Positions 28,924 to 42,965 of a stretch of 64,000 nt of DNA are shown here, in pieces. Below the pieces are notes generated by a model. That model had not been told where the DNA came from, made no database searches, and saw only the letters and a program-made list of their open reading frames with translations. Every line of letters begins with the position of its first letter. Within the stretch, counting starts at the first letter, position 1. Source of the DNA: Octopus vulgaris (taxonomy: Eukaryota); the NCBI GenBank assembly GCA_951406725.2, contig OX597831.1:34038001-34102000 (forward strand). The letters run 5' to 3'. A program made the position numbers and the translations under genes.

Positions 28924-30669
28924 TTATCATCGTTATTATAGTTGTACATCAAGGCGGCGGACTTGATAAATTAAGTACCAGTGAAACATTGGGGTTGACG
29001 TAGTATATTCATCACCTCCCCCAAAATTACTGCCCTTGCAGCGAGCAGGCAGAATCGTTAGCTCGTCTGGTGAAATGCTAAGCAGCATTTCATCTGTCTT
29101 TAATTTCTAGGTTCAAATTCTGTCGAGGTTGACTTTAACTTTTATGCTTTCAGGGTCGACAAATTAAAAACCAGTGAAACACTGGGGTTGATGTAATCGT
29201 CTAGTCACCCAGTCTCAAATTTCAAGCCTTGTGCCTATAGTAGAATAGATTATTATACTTGTACGCCAGTCAAATCAGATTACTCAAATAAAAGAGAAGT
29301 AATATTTCGAATCAATCGAAAACTATTTCTATACTCGTTCATTTTGCAAATTAAGTTTTCCAGGAGGATGTTCAAAGCGTTTTCATTGCCCTTCATCCAC
29401 CTAAAAAATTAGGGGTTGCATTTGTATCCTGTGCACAATCTGTTCCGGAGCCAATGAAAACGTTGTCCGTCGTTGTAACGAAAGTGCCACATTTAATGAA
29501 TTATTTATTAAAGTTAATTAATTCATGTTTTGGTTACGGTATCAAATATCGTATATTTATAACCTTTCATAGTACTACGACCAGAAATGCTTAATAGGGC
29601 TTAATCATTCCTGTGTTAATTATATATTCAATTAAGTGGTTTTAGATAAGAAAAAATACGATCGTGATGTATCCAGGCTTCTCTCAGACTATTTAAAGCA
29701 ATAAATTTATTTTCTATTTTAAGTTACTTTAAGATCTGTGGGAAAATTGCGTGAGAAAAGAATTTCAAATATTTCTTTTCGGTGTCAGAACCACAAGAAC
29801 GTTGCAAAGTTTGTGTTTGAAACGCAGAAAGATGATGAGGTAACGATGTACAAGTGAGGCGGTTAGGCTCGGGCAGCGAGGTATGTCATGCGGTTAGATT
29901 AGCAAAACAGACAGGGTAGTAGTACCAGTAAAAGAATCATCGTATTTGTGAGCTTGTGGTTGTAGTGTAATGTTGAGGGATTGTTTATTAATCAAATCGA
30001 AGTGTTTATTAACGATAGATTAATTGTTATGGACAAGACATTAAAATGCCTTTGGTGCTTAGGAAACAGTTCGGGTGTTTTGCTAAGCGTACATATGTCT
30101 AATCCATGAGCAATTTATTTCACTCAATTAATTAATTCACGTATGTATGTATGTATGTATGTATGTATGTATGTATGTATGTATGTATGTATGTATGTAT
30201 GTATGTATGTATGTATGTATGTATTATTTACGTTGTTTTCTTTCTCTTTTCTGATTTAAATAAATTTTGACAGGCCACCTACGTGGTAACAAGGTTGTGA
30301 AGGGAACAATATTGGTTTATTCCTTACCTTTTAAATCTTAAAGTCTTGCAGATTTTTGCATGTATCGATGTATGTCTTTATTCAGTTTATTTCAAGATTT
30401 ATTGCCAATAGAGAAAGAACCGGTTTCTAACAGCAGGATATATTTGTATGTATGTATGAATATATGTATGTATATATGTATTCTCATGCATATTGTTGCA
30501 TATGTATATATGTGCAGATTTGTATGTTTTATGTATGTATTCTCATGCATATAGTTGCATATATACGTATGTATGTATGTGTGAGTATGTATGTATATCT
30601 TTCCCTCTCTTTCTCTCCCCCTCTCTCTTTGTTTCTCCATCTGTCTGTCTGTCTATACCCCCATCTGTT

Positions 30670-31440
30670 AATTTATATACAATGATTTCCTGGAGTGAGT
30701 AGTCAACCGTCAAGTCACCACTACTAAGTGTGCTCCACCCCGGAGTGTTTGTACCCGCAAAGAACCCCTCATATGGATCGTGTACAAGAGGACGGTACTG
30801 TGGTTTAGGTATACAAGCCACAGTACCGTCCTCTTTTAGGCGGCGAGCTGGCAGAAACGTTAGCACGCCGGGCGAAATGCGTAGCCGTATTTCGTCTGCC
30901 GTTACGTTCTGAGTTCAAATTCCGCCGAGGTCGACTTTGCCTTTCATCCTTTCGGGGTCGATAAATTAAGTACCAGTTACGCACTGGTTACGCGATGTAA
31001 TCGACTTAATCCGTTTGTCTGTCCTTGTTTGTCCTCTCTATGTTTAGCTCCTTGTGGGTTGTAAAGAAATAGGTATACAAGCATCGGAAGACAGCTGAAC
31101 GTAGGACATATGTAAAACGGATCCATCCTTGTCTAGGCATACGCTGATGCGACGTGAACCATCCACGACACATAAATGTTAAATAAGCCCCATAGTTCGA
31201 CGGAGCACAGCTGGGTGAGTTACAGAATAATCTGTAAATAAAACTGCATGCTCACCCACCTACACACTGTTGGGCCTCTGAGATATATTTCTAGGGCTCA
31301 GCGTCCGATGAGTCCCGTAGACCTCAGCTGCAGGAGCATTTTCTATTTGACATAAAACCGGCAGAAGGCTACGGGAAACTACTGTTGTATCTTTCCCCAG
31401 AAATATAATAAATGTCCAGAGTTTGGTATAGAGGTCACGA
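30670..31440 (-). pseudogene. Probable degraded Ty3/Gypsy integrase C-terminal remnant, interrupted by a SINE
   Basis: Minus-strand [13 protein letters not shown] (cf. SPAELVYG..LRLP) followed downstream by RPLVHDPYEGFF (cf. the GPY/F module PL.PPYEGPF). Confidence 0.45.
30839..31069 (+). mobile_element. SINE family A monomer with 13-bp TSD
   Basis: TAGGTATACAAGC at 30806-30818 and 31070-31082. Confidence 0.9.
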
Positions 31441-31536
31441 CCGTCGGCACCGTAGACGTGGCACATGCGGATAGATAAATAGAATTGTTGATAGATTGAT
31501 AGATAGATAAATAGATAGATAAGCAGATAGATTGGC

Positions 31537-31571
<35 letters not shown>

Positions 31572-31583
31572 TAGATAGATACG

Positions 31584-31639
<56 letters not shown>

Positions 31640-31665
31640 CAGATAGATAGATAGATAGATAGATG

Positions 31666-32368
31666 GATATGTTTCTTTATTAGCCTCGCAGTGATGCATA
31701 CAGACGGGACAAATTACAAGGTAGACCTTTTCTTTTGGGGGAGAAAAAAAGGGGGGGTTGGTTTTCGATCAAAAGGGATCGTAAAAAGGAAAGAAAAAGG
31801 AAAGAGAAAAAAATCAATCAATAGGGATCGTGTATCACAGAAATGTCATGATATAAAGTGTGAAGGGGGAAACAGATGACGTTTATCCGCGGAAAGAAAA
31901 GCCTACGGAAAAGACCACGGTAACCTCGGTCAATAATGTCACATGTTAACACATTTATTTGCAATTAAGTAACTCTCTGTTTTAAATTTTTTCGGGTTCA
32001 TAGGATTATACTCAAGGTGGCTTCGTCATTCATACGTGCCATCCTTGCTACATTCACCCATCTTTTTTTAAAAACATTCGCTAGACAAAACTTGCCTCTC
32101 TACTCTCAGTTTCCTTTTCAAGGGATACTTGAAGAAGTTGATGAGAGATTGTCCAGAGAGGAAAGTGTTTGTCTCTAATCCTTTCAGACGCGTCCACCAG
32201 ATACATTCTTTCGCCATAGCCACAAGGATGATGAAAATAGCTCTTCCTTTCCGTTTGAAGGAAGGAGGCGTGACGATGTTGAAGATAGACTCGGCTGATA
32301 AACCGACTCGTCCCACATGTGACAGCAGTCGTTCGTCATGAGCCCACAAGTCGGAAATAGTTGGACAA
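31666..32368 (-). mobile_element. 5'-truncated L1/Tx1-like LINE 3' end inserted in (GATA)n
   Basis: CPTISDLW...VAMAKECIWWTR...KLRVERQ...F resembles the Tx1 ORF2 C-terminus after the CCHC finger; the 3'UTR ends AATAAAGAAACATATC running into (TATC)n; GATA arrays on both sides. Confidence 0.7.
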
Positions 32369-32513
32369 TAGATAGACAGATAGATAGATAGATAGATAGA
32401 TAGAGAGAGAAAGAGAGAGAGAGAGAGAGACAGAGAGATAGATAGACAGATATATAGACAGATATTAATAGACTGATGGGTAGTCATATACATATATGTA
32501 TTGTTAGACATAT

Positions 32514-32897
32514 GGAAGCACTCCGTTGTTTACGACGACGAGGGTTCGGTTTGATCCGAATCGACGGAACAGCCTGCTCGTGAAATTAACGTGTAAGTGG
32601 CTGAGCACTCCACAGACACGTGTACCCTTAACGTAGTTCTCGGAGATATTCAGCGTGACACAGAGAGTGACAAGGCCGGCCCTTTGAAATACAGGTACAA
32701 CAGAAACAGGAAGTAAGAGTGAGAGAAAGTTGTGGTGAAAGAGTACAGCAGGGATCACCACCATCCCCTGCCGGAGCCTCGTGGAGCTTTAGGTGTTTTC
32801 GCTCAATAAACACTCACAACGCCCGGTCTGGGAATCGAAACCGCGATCCTATGACCACGAGCCCGCTGCCCTAACCACTGGGCCATTGCGCCTCCAC
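32514..32897 (-). mobile_element. SINE family C, full length with 12-bp TSD
   Basis: tRNA-like head GGAGGCGCAATGGCCCAGTGGTTAGGGCAGCGG...GGTTTCGATTCCC; TSD TGTTAGACATAT at 32502-32513 and 32898-32909. Confidence 0.9.
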
Positions 32898-32902
32898 TGT
32901 TA

Positions 32903-32953
<51 letters not shown>

Positions 32954-33135
32954 CAATAAACATAATGTATATAATTTATATATAGGGATAGTTAAATGAA
33001 AAGATAGATGATTAGATGGAAAGATAGATAGGTAGATAGACAGCTAGATAGATAGATACCTAGCTAGCTAGATAGATGGATAGGTAAATAGTTAGATAGA
33101 TAAATAAATAGATAGATTGATAGATAGACAGATAC

Positions 33136-33205
<70 letters not shown>

Positions 33206-33700
33206 TAATAAAATACCCATTTTAATTCCAAAATCCCAGTCCCCCTAACTAGCCAAAAGTTATCTCGGGATTATTATAGTATTACGATTGAACAGAATTG
33301 ATTGATTAATTGATTGATTGACATAAATCACCGAGGATCAAACCATGTATTGCAAATACATGAATGTAGAATTCTGCAACATACAGTTTAGCATATTGTC
33401 GGTGAATGAAAAGCGAAATATAAAAAATAGTGTCTAATTAAATTCCCATAATTGATTGCTTTAGAAATCTGAAGCAGTATTAGGTGTAGCAGAGGAGGTG
33501 TGGGAAAGAGAGATAAAAGAAGAGAAGAAGCGACAGTAAGAGAGAGACAAGGGAAGAAGATTGAATGATAGATAAATAAGGTATATACTTATCTGTAATA
33601 TCTATATCCACAATATATATATATATATATATTGTTGATAATCATTATAATTTATGCGTCTCGAAACAAACCGATAGAAATCTCTAAAAAATTCGTTATT

Positions 33701-33757
33701 ACCGTATTGGTTCAATTTCGGGGTTAATTCATAAGACATTTTCCCCTCTTCAGCGGC
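33701..33757 (-). ncRNA. Type I hammerhead ribozyme motif
   Basis: Minus strand: GCCG CTGAAGA GGGG aaaatgtcttatgaattaa CCCC GAAA TTG aac CAA TA^ CGGT; all three stems pair, AUA triplet. Confidence 0.8.
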
Positions 33758-35395
33758 AAATACGCGAGATATAAATGAAATACTTACTCATACCCTCATA
33801 CCCATGGAAAAAGCAAGCACCAAGTCCTCAGCAGACTTAAGTACCGCAAATATATCCAAAATAGAAAAATCTTCGGCTCACCTCGAGACACGTATATATA
33901 TATATATATATATATACATATATACATACATATATATATATATACACAAGTACGTATATATTTATACACACACATATATATATACATACATATATATATA
34001 TATATACACACGTGCGTATATATATATATATATATAAAAGAAGAAAAATGCACACAGTTTACATAGTTTTAATATGTTTTTTGATATATCTGATAAGCGA
34101 AAGAGTTTTTTTGTCGACTGGTTTCGCTTTCGCTAATCATGTCATTGAAATCATTCATAATTTCGAATTTTCTTAAGAAGATCCTAGTTTATGTTGTGTA
34201 TGGGAGTTTGTGAATGAAATGAATCAACAGGTAGAAAAATCTAAGGGTAGGTAATTGGTGATCTTTATTATTCGGGACAGTGGAGGTAATTGTTCATTTG
34301 TGTGCGTGGGGAGGTGTAAATAAATATGTAAAAACCCAAAAGCTAAAGTAGTGAGATGAACATGAATTAAGATATATAGTGTGACCAAAGTTGTTTATGC
34401 GTTCATATTTCAGCGTGTTCTGTATTTTCCGATAGCAATTCCAAAAGTTTCGTCATTCGCTACTTCAACAGGTCCTTTATAGGATCCATTGGCTAAGGAC
34501 ATCACCAGGTGGAAACATGTCTGGTTTCGGCCCCTACATTTCTACCATTTTCGACGTGGTAGCCACCCCTTTTGGGGGTGTCTTGTATTGAGTGCGTTTT
34601 TATTTCTTTGGCTTTTTGTTCTTTGGTTTCTTCGATACAGCGCCAACGAATCCCATCCTGGCAAATCTCCTTATAATACTTGCCGGTAGGCGTCAGCAGC
34701 CATTGCCAGCTAGGTTTCAACTCACCAATGCAGGGGAAGGGCCCGTAGTTTTAGCCTGCATCCTCTTTAGATCTACCTTCCCACAGAGTCGTATTATTTT
34801 CAGCTACAGCAGCCAGAGCCCACTAGCTCTCTGTTGGTACCAGCCTTCGAACTATTGGGGAGGAGGGCTCGCAATGAACGAGATGGTTCCCTCGACCCAC
34901 CTGTCAAGCAGTAACGTTAAGTGCCAGCTAGCCTCACCTCGCGAGGCTATTTCCCAGTCGGCATATTAGGGCTTTCGAGCTATTTCGGATCTTCTCGTTT
35001 CGGCCGTATATAGAAGCTGGCCTTGTCGGCTACCTCTTGCATCCTCATTAGTTTTCTCAGATCTGCGCTCGAAATTGTATCACTTCTTTAAACTGACGTC
35101 GCCATTTTCCTTTCAATGAAGCTTCTAACCTCCCACTGCCAGGTGGTAATACTCAACAATCCACCCCTGTTCCACACATTCTTCGATTAATCCTTCATAC
35201 TTCCTCTTATTCCGTTATTCTGCGTTAGAGATGTTCTCTTCCCATGGCACTCGGCTTAATCAAAATTCTAACTTTTCGTTTAGTGTTCTATAGTATTAAG
35301 TCCAGGTTTTTTGTTGTTTTCCTGAGTGGAAATATTAACAGTCTTTCCGAATCCATGGCCAGCTCCGAGTATCATTTCCATCTTTCGCCTGTCTC

Positions 35396-35448
<53 letters not shown>

Positions 35449-35539
35449 AAGGCGTGGTCTTATGTCCTTTTCCCTCCTTCTGGAAGTATATCATTCGTGC
35501 TTTTCCACCTTTGGGTACTCTCCTCTATAATATCCCTCG

Positions 35540-35890
35540 ATATTCTCCTTGAGTGCAAAACTTATCCCACCGAGGACTTCATTTTGATCCTATGTAAATT
35601 TTCTTCATATAAACGTTCATGTACAGAAATTGTTTCTTTGCACTGGACCTTAGTTGGACATTACCTGCCTATCTCTCTATGTGTTCACTCAAAGGAATCT
35701 GTACTGTGGTAAATGGATCTGTTCTTTATGAAGTGGGATTCTCCGTCTAAGTGCCATAAGTGTCTGTCCTACATAGATATGTCCACACCCTGAACATGTT
35801 ATAACATAAATTAGATTCTCGAAAGCACAAGTAAAGTTGGTTTTAAATGCAGTTTGGGGCATGTTCGACAGTTTCGACTTCCACACTTTT
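35540..35890 (-). pseudogene. Penelope-like element GIY-YIG endonuclease remnant
   Basis: NFTCAFENLIYVITCSGCGHIYVGQTLMALRRRIPLHKEQI is the typical PLE N.IY.I.C..C...YVGQT...R...H motif; frameshifted downstream. Confidence 0.85.
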
Positions 35891-36293
35891 GCATTACAAC
35901 TGACCTCTCTTTTACTCTTTTACTCTTTTACTTGTTTCAGTCATTTGAAACTTTATGCTGGAGCACCGCCTCGTGGATATAACCGAAATTATTCTCATCT
36001 CTGTTCTGATATATATATATACTTATATTTATATTTATATATACGTATATATAGTCACAATGAGGATATTGAAAACTCTTATATGGTTATTTATCCAAGA
36101 TACATCGGTTTAATATATTAAATTTTGAAGAGATATTTCTTCAATGAATATATTATAAAAATATGGTAAAATATCAAACACATACACACACATATACGTA
36201 TATATGCACGTATACATACATTTATATAAGAGAAAATAGACATAGACCTAGAGACATAGAGACAAACACATTAACAAACAAGCAGAAGGACAA

Positions 36294-36358
<65 letters not shown>

Positions 36359-36449
36359 TACTGCTGATGTAGACATACGTTTGATTTCGTTTATAGTAAT
36401 CTAACACGCATCTCAATATTCTAGCACTCTCTCTCTCTCTCTCTCTCTC

Positions 36450-36498
<49 letters not shown>

Positions 36499-36786
36499 CA
36501 GCAAAGGAAGCAACAGCAGCGGTAGCAGCAATTGCAGCAGCAGTAATAACAACAACAATAATAATAATGATTTCAAATTTTGCCACGAGGACAGTCATTT
36601 TGGTAGAGGGGACATGTCGACTACATCGACCCCAGTGCGTAGCGTAACTGGTACTGCATTTATCGATCCCGAAAGGATGAAATGCAAAGTCAACATCGCC
36701 GGAATTTAAACTCAGAACGTAAAGACAGACGAAATACTGCTAAGCATTTCGCCCGGCGTGCTAACGATTCTGCCAGTTCGCCACCC

Positions 36787-36855
<69 letters not shown>

Positions 36856-36890
36856 TAATAATAATAATAATAATATTAATGATAATGATG

Positions 36891-36961
<71 letters not shown>

Positions 36962-37099
36962 TTGTACTATAGGCACATGGCCGGAAATTTATGGGGAGGG
37001 GGCTAGTTGAACTCGGAATTTGAACTCGGAACGTAGCGACAGGCGGAATACCGCTAAGCATTTCGTCCAACGTGCTAACGATTCTGCCAGCTAACCACC

Positions 37100-37238
<139 letters not shown>

Positions 37239-37338
37239 GAAGAAGAAGAAAAGGAATACTAATAATAGTAATAGTAATAATAAAAATAATAATAATAATA
37301 ATGATAATAATAATAATAATAATTATTATTATCATTAA

Positions 37339-38410
37339 TAAGGAAAACTGATCCAGATAGCGGCAAAACACGAGCAAAACAAAAAACTGTTCTCAGTATT
37401 TAAGGAAGCTGACAAATACAAACAAGAAATCATACCACCTAATAAACATGAAGAAGAAGAAGAAGAAGATGAAGAAACAACAAAAGCTATAAAAAAAATG
37501 AAATCCAAACTAAAAATAGAACAGCAACGAGCCATGATAAAACGATGGCAAGAAAAGCCCTTCATGGTAAATACTGCACTAAACTAAACGCAAAAGAAAT
37601 AGACAAAGAAAAATCCCAGCAATGGTTGAGAAGCTCAGGACTCAAAGCAGAAACAGAGGGATTTTTAATTGCAGCACAAGACCAAAGCCTCCCACCAGAA
37701 ATTACCAAAAACATGTAATGAAAAGAAATATTACAAGTAACTGCAGAATATGTGGAGATGGACAAGAAACAATAAATCATATTATCTCTAGCTGCCCAGT
37801 CCTGGCTAAGAAGGAATATATTCACAGACATGACAGAGTTGGAACTTACATACATTGGAAGCTATGCCAACATTATGGAATAACAACAGAAAAAAGATGG
37901 TATAGGCACACACCAGAAAAGGTCACAGAAAACGAGAAAGCAACCATACTCTGGGATATGCCGATACACACAGATAGAGAAATTAAGGCCAACAGACCAG
38001 ATATAATTGTCAGAGACCATGAAGAAAAAAATGCTTTCTAATTGATGTATCAGTACCGGCAGATGACAACGTGTCTCTAAAAGAAATGGAGAAACTCTCA
38101 AAATACAAAGACCTGGAAATAGAGGTAACTAGAATGTGGAATCTGAAAACAGAAAGAATTCCTATCATAGTAGGTGCATTAGGCATGATAAAAAAATATT
38201 CAGACAAATACATAACAAAAACACCAGGACTTACAAACACATATAACATACAGAAAATTGCACTACTAGGCACTGCCCACATCCTACGCAGAACACTTTC
38301 CATACAATAACCATCAGAGCATCACAACAAATCACAGCACATACCCAAGGCACACAGAGCTGCGCTCGGTAGTGAAGTGAAAGCACGCTATAAAAATAAA
38401 AATAAAACTA

Positions 38411-38415
<5 letters not shown>
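37339..38415 (+). mobile_element. 5'-truncated R4/Dong-like non-LTR retrotransposon (restriction-like endonuclease) in (TAA)n
   Basis: HGKY...ETEGFLIAAQDQ, CRICG...ETINHIISSC (CCHC), RHD, NRPDI...IDV...K..KY (PD-D/ExK), PIIVGALG, stop at 38310; three -1 frameshifts in homopolymers. Confidence 0.9.
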
Positions 38416-38465
<50 letters not shown>

Positions 38466-38506
38466 GTAATAATAATAATAATAATTATAATAATAATAAT
38501 AATAAT

Positions 38507-38958
38507 ATGCCGATACACACAGATAGAGAAATTAAGGCCAACAGACCAGATATAGTTGTCAGAGATCATGAAGAAAAAAATGCTTTCTAATTGATGTATC
38601 AATACCGGCAGACGACAACGTGTCTCTAAAAGAAATGGAGAAACTTTCAAAATACAAAGACCTGGAAATAGAGGTAACTAGAATGTGGAATCTAAAAACA
38701 GAAACAATTCCTATCATAGTAGGTGCATTAGGCATGATAAAAAAATATTCAGACAAATACATAACAAAAACACCAGGACTTACAAACACATATAACATAC
38801 AGAAAATTGCACTACTAGGCACTGCACACATCATACGCAGAACACTTTCCATACAATAACCATCAGAGAATCACAACAAATCACAGCACATACCTAAGGC
38901 ACACATAGCTGCGCTCGGTAGTGAAGTGAAAGCACGCTATAAAAATAAAACTACTGAA
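38507..38958 (+). mobile_element. Second, shorter copy of the same R4/Dong-like element
   Basis: Near-identical to 37957-38415; (TAA)n on both sides. Confidence 0.9.
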
Positions 38959-39287
38959 TGATAATAATAATGATAATGATAATAATAAAAGAAATTTTAA
39001 AAAGGGTACTGTAGAAGTATTGCTGGAACCGTCAATATAACTATCGACAGTTTGTATAATTCTAGTATACGCAACATTTAACTGGCATCAATTCTCTTGT
39101 CTATTTTTTTTTTAATATATTATAAATTACTGGTTACTTTCAAAGTAGATTTTCTGTTTTTTATAGACACGCTGTCTGAAATTGTAGTGTTAAGTGGCAA
39201 ATTGCACACTTAATGTTGGAACAGAAAGATGAAACAAAATTAAATTTTCAGAATGAGTTACAAATAATAATAATAATAATAATAATC

Positions 39288-39369
<82 letters not shown>

Positions 39370-39990
39370 TAATAATGATAATAGTAATACCACCACCAAT
39401 AATAATGGTTTGAAATTTTGGCATAAGTCGTCAAATTTTTGTGGGTGGGTGGAGGCTAGTCGATTACATCGACTCCAGTTTTCAGTGGGTACTTATATTT
39501 TCGAGCCGAAAGGATGAAAAACAAAATCGACCTCGGTGGAATTTGAACTCAGAACGTAAAGACAGACGAAATGTTGCTAAGCATATCGCCTGGCGTGCTA
39601 ACGATTCTGTTAGCTCACCGCCATGATATACAGGTATAATAATGATAATTATTTTCATTATTATACATGTGTTGGTTCTGATATTAACATTGAAAATTTG
39701 GACTTCGTGTATAATTCGCAACCAGATTTTTCGTGTATAAATCGAAACCAGGTTTTTCAGTTAAAAATCATGCATAAGAGAGTGTGACTTATACACAAGT
39801 AAATACAGCATATATATATTTATAGATTTATTTATACTCACACACACTTATATGTGTATGTAACTACACATATCTATTCACACATGCACACGCACGCACA
39901 CATATATATATACATTGCGTATTTATACTTGTATATAAGCTACCCTACCTAATTTAATGTTAAATCTTGGTGCAATTTTTTTCCTTCATA

Positions 39991-40568
39991 TTGGGTTGTC
40001 TGGAAAATTCGTTCCGATTTATTGTAGCTTAGCTTTCCATTTATTTTAGGACATGGTTGAGTCCATAAAATAGGATTTGACTACATCTCCATTTAGAGCA
40101 CAATTTAAGCTATCTTTTCGTGGAAAAAGGTTTATGTTCCTATAACCTGCGTTAATTCTGTAACCCTTTAAAATGGAAGATAAGAAAATTCACTTTTGGC
40201 ACTTGATGCTTTGGGAACCAGACAAAAATACATCCCAACTCTGCTGGGATCGACCTGGGATGTGATACCTCACCCTCCATATTCACCAGATATTGCTCCT
40301 TCGGATTTCCACTTATTCAGGTCTCTGCAGAATAGTCTTAATGGTAAAAATTTCAATTACTTGGATGACGTAAAAAGATACCTTGATGAATTCTTTGCTA
40401 TGAAACCACCTCACTTCTGGGAAGAGGGTTTTTTCGAGTTAAAGGAAACATGGAGACGCATTGTGCAACAAAATGGTTCATATTTGGTTGATTAAAAATG
40501 TAATGACAAGTATTTATTGACCTTTTTCTTTCCTTTAAATATTGGCACGAACTTTCCGGAAAACCCAA
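39991..40568 (+). mobile_element. Internally deleted mariner transposon
   Basis: TA-flanked imperfect TIRs TTGGGTTGTCTGGAAAATTCGTTCC / GGCACGAACTTTCCGGAAAACCCAA; ORF 40196-40495 has PHPPYSPDIAPSDFHLFRSLQN (mariner YSPDL motif). Confidence 0.9.
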
Positions 40569-40696
40569 TAATGTTAGCTTTACTCTGAGAATAAGTCCTC
40601 GTTTTTACATTTAAAATCAAGCATAAAAAGTACGACATACATTCCAGTAAATTAATGCATTCTCTTTTTTAACCTAATGACCAACATTTACAGATA

Positions 40697-41520
40697 TGAG
40701 GTGGTATCGAAAGGTTCCCGGACTAGTTATGTTTAATAAAAAAATAACAACTTCTTCACCTAAGTTTTAACATCATCTTCGAAATAGCCACTCTGCGCAG
40801 CTATACACTGTTTCCAATTTTGGAATCTGGCCTAGAAGTCGTTTTCCGTAAGCGAGCCGAGAACCTACTGCGATTCGATCTCGATCTGGATCTCGATAAC
40901 GGCATAAGCACGACGACCTTTAAACTACATTTTCATCATTGGAAAAAAGATGGAAGTCCGCAGGTGCTAAATCTGGCGAATGGGGCGGGTGCAGAAGGGA
41001 TTCCATATTATTTTTGGCGAGAAACTCGGTGACAGAGTACATTGTCGTTGTGAAGAGTCCAATTCTTCGCGCTCCACTGATCCGGATACTTTCGCCGAAT
41101 GTCCTCCCTCATACGCTTCTAAACTTCGCAGTGGAACTCTCAAATGACGTTCTGGCCCTGGGGTCGAATTATCGATGCACAATACCACATTTCTAAGATT
41201 GACTCTCCTGGCAGGTCTTCCAGATCGCTTTCCAGAGACCTTCTCCCGCTTTTGAAGCGCCCATGCTACTTAAAATATTACGTACCACCCATTGCCTCGT
41301 CGCCGTAAGCGTGCCGAAACATGCTCAATGTCTCTGTAGCAGACTTTCCGAGTGTGACGCAAGATTTCACGTTGGCTCTTTGTTCCTGTCCATGACCAAA
41401 TCGCAGACTATAGCATAGAGGTCATCACAAAAACACAAATTTCACACCTCGCGAAGTAAACACGGTGATGTCTCATAAAAGTCACTGCTAGTTAACACTG
41501 CACACGCGACTGTGTGCTGC
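40697..41520 (-). mobile_element. Degraded mariner of a second subfamily
   Basis: TIR-like GAGGTGGTATCGAAAGGTTCCCGGACT; minus-strand EQRANVKSCVTLGKSATET (N-term), HPPHSPDLAPADFHLF and WKQCIAAQSGYFEDD (C-term). Confidence 0.8.
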
Positions 41521-41529
41521 TATCTGTTG

Positions 41530-41692
41530 AGCAGCTTGCTTACGAGCCACATGGTTCGGGGTTCAGTCCCACTGCGTGGCGCTTTCGGTAAGTGTCTTCT
41601 ACTATAGCCTCGGGCAGACTAAAGCCTTGTGAGTGGATTTGATAGACGGAAAAATAAAAGAAGCCCGTCGTGTTTATATTTTTATATATATG

Positions 41693-41758
<66 letters not shown>

Positions 41759-41978
41759 CGTTTGTGTGTTTGTGTTTGTCCCCGCTAACATCGCTTGACA
41801 ACTGATGCTGGTGTGTTTACGTCCCCGTAACTTAGCAGTTCTGCAAAAGAAACCGATAGAATAAGTACTAGGCTTACAAAGAATACGTTCTGGGGTCGAT
41901 TTTATCGACTAAAGGCGGTGCTCCAGCATGGCCACAGTCAAAAGACTGAAACAATTAAAGAGTAAAAGAGTAAAAGAG
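41530..41978 (+). mobile_element. SINE family B copy
   Basis: Homology to 16073-16482. Confidence 0.85.
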
Positions 41979-42082
41979 TATACAACCGCGACTCAGTGTT
42001 ATAGCTATCTTCTTTGTGCACCACATATTAGGAATCTCACAGCTGAGATTGTCATACTTCATAACATGGTTAACAATCCCCT

Positions 42083-42120
<38 letters not shown>

Positions 42121-42401
42121 TGTACGTGTGGGTGCGTGTGTGTATATTTGTGTGAGCGTGCGTGTATGTGTATAGAAATATTAATCATTTCGATGCGGTC
42201 TTCGGTATCTTCATCATTTCAGCGTCTGTGTGAGTCTCATGCGATTGCACACGATGATTGAAACGACGAATAACTTTCGTTCATTTAGATTTAATTAAAT
42301 TAGTAAGTCTTCTCTCAAATTCTTTATTTTCATTCGCCGTCATTAAATCATCATATTCCTCATCATCATCATCACCGCCATCGTCGTCGTCGTCGTCGTC
42401 G

Positions 42402-42457
<56 letters not shown>

Positions 42458-42965
42458 GTCATTATCTACTATAAGATTTTTCTTTAAGCGTACTGCAGAA
42501 ACCTGCAGAAATTTTCTCATCGGATTTCTTCACACTAAATTTCTTAGCACCTACCTTACTGTTAATGATACATACAGCAGACGTCCCTAGGTAGTTCGCC
42601 CAGTAATGTTATTAAGATACCACGCTACTCAAATGTTCGTTCACGGAAACTTTATGTTCTTTAATCATTCCGAGTTGTAGCGCTTACAGTTTGACTACGC
42701 TTTGTTGATGAGGTTTAATAAGATCGGAATATTCCAGGGATTTTTGTGATAAACACCAAAGATTAGACTGCGTGTGTGCGAGCGAGTGTCATCAGTGTGT
42801 TCGTGTGCACACACGCGTATGCGATTAGATATGTGTGAGTGACTATGCTTGCGTGTGCGTGTGTGTGTGTGTGTGTGTATGTGTTTGTATAATATAATAT
42901 GTGTGCATGTGAACTGCTGGTGATTTTTACCTCCTTCTTTCGCTTTGGACTTTCTTGTTTTTCCT

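Noticed and set aside
32820-32897. tRNA gene
   Set aside because: tRNA-like head of a SINE continuing into the SINE body with TSD; not an independent tRNA
34088-35030. Partial hammerhead-like strings near 34113-34145, 34490-34525 and 34995-35030
   Set aside because: Each has core mismatches or no stem I; cannot be supported individually
42281-42520. Asp-rich ORF
   Set aside because: Explained by a (CAT)n/(CGT)n microsatellite; flanks unrecognisable
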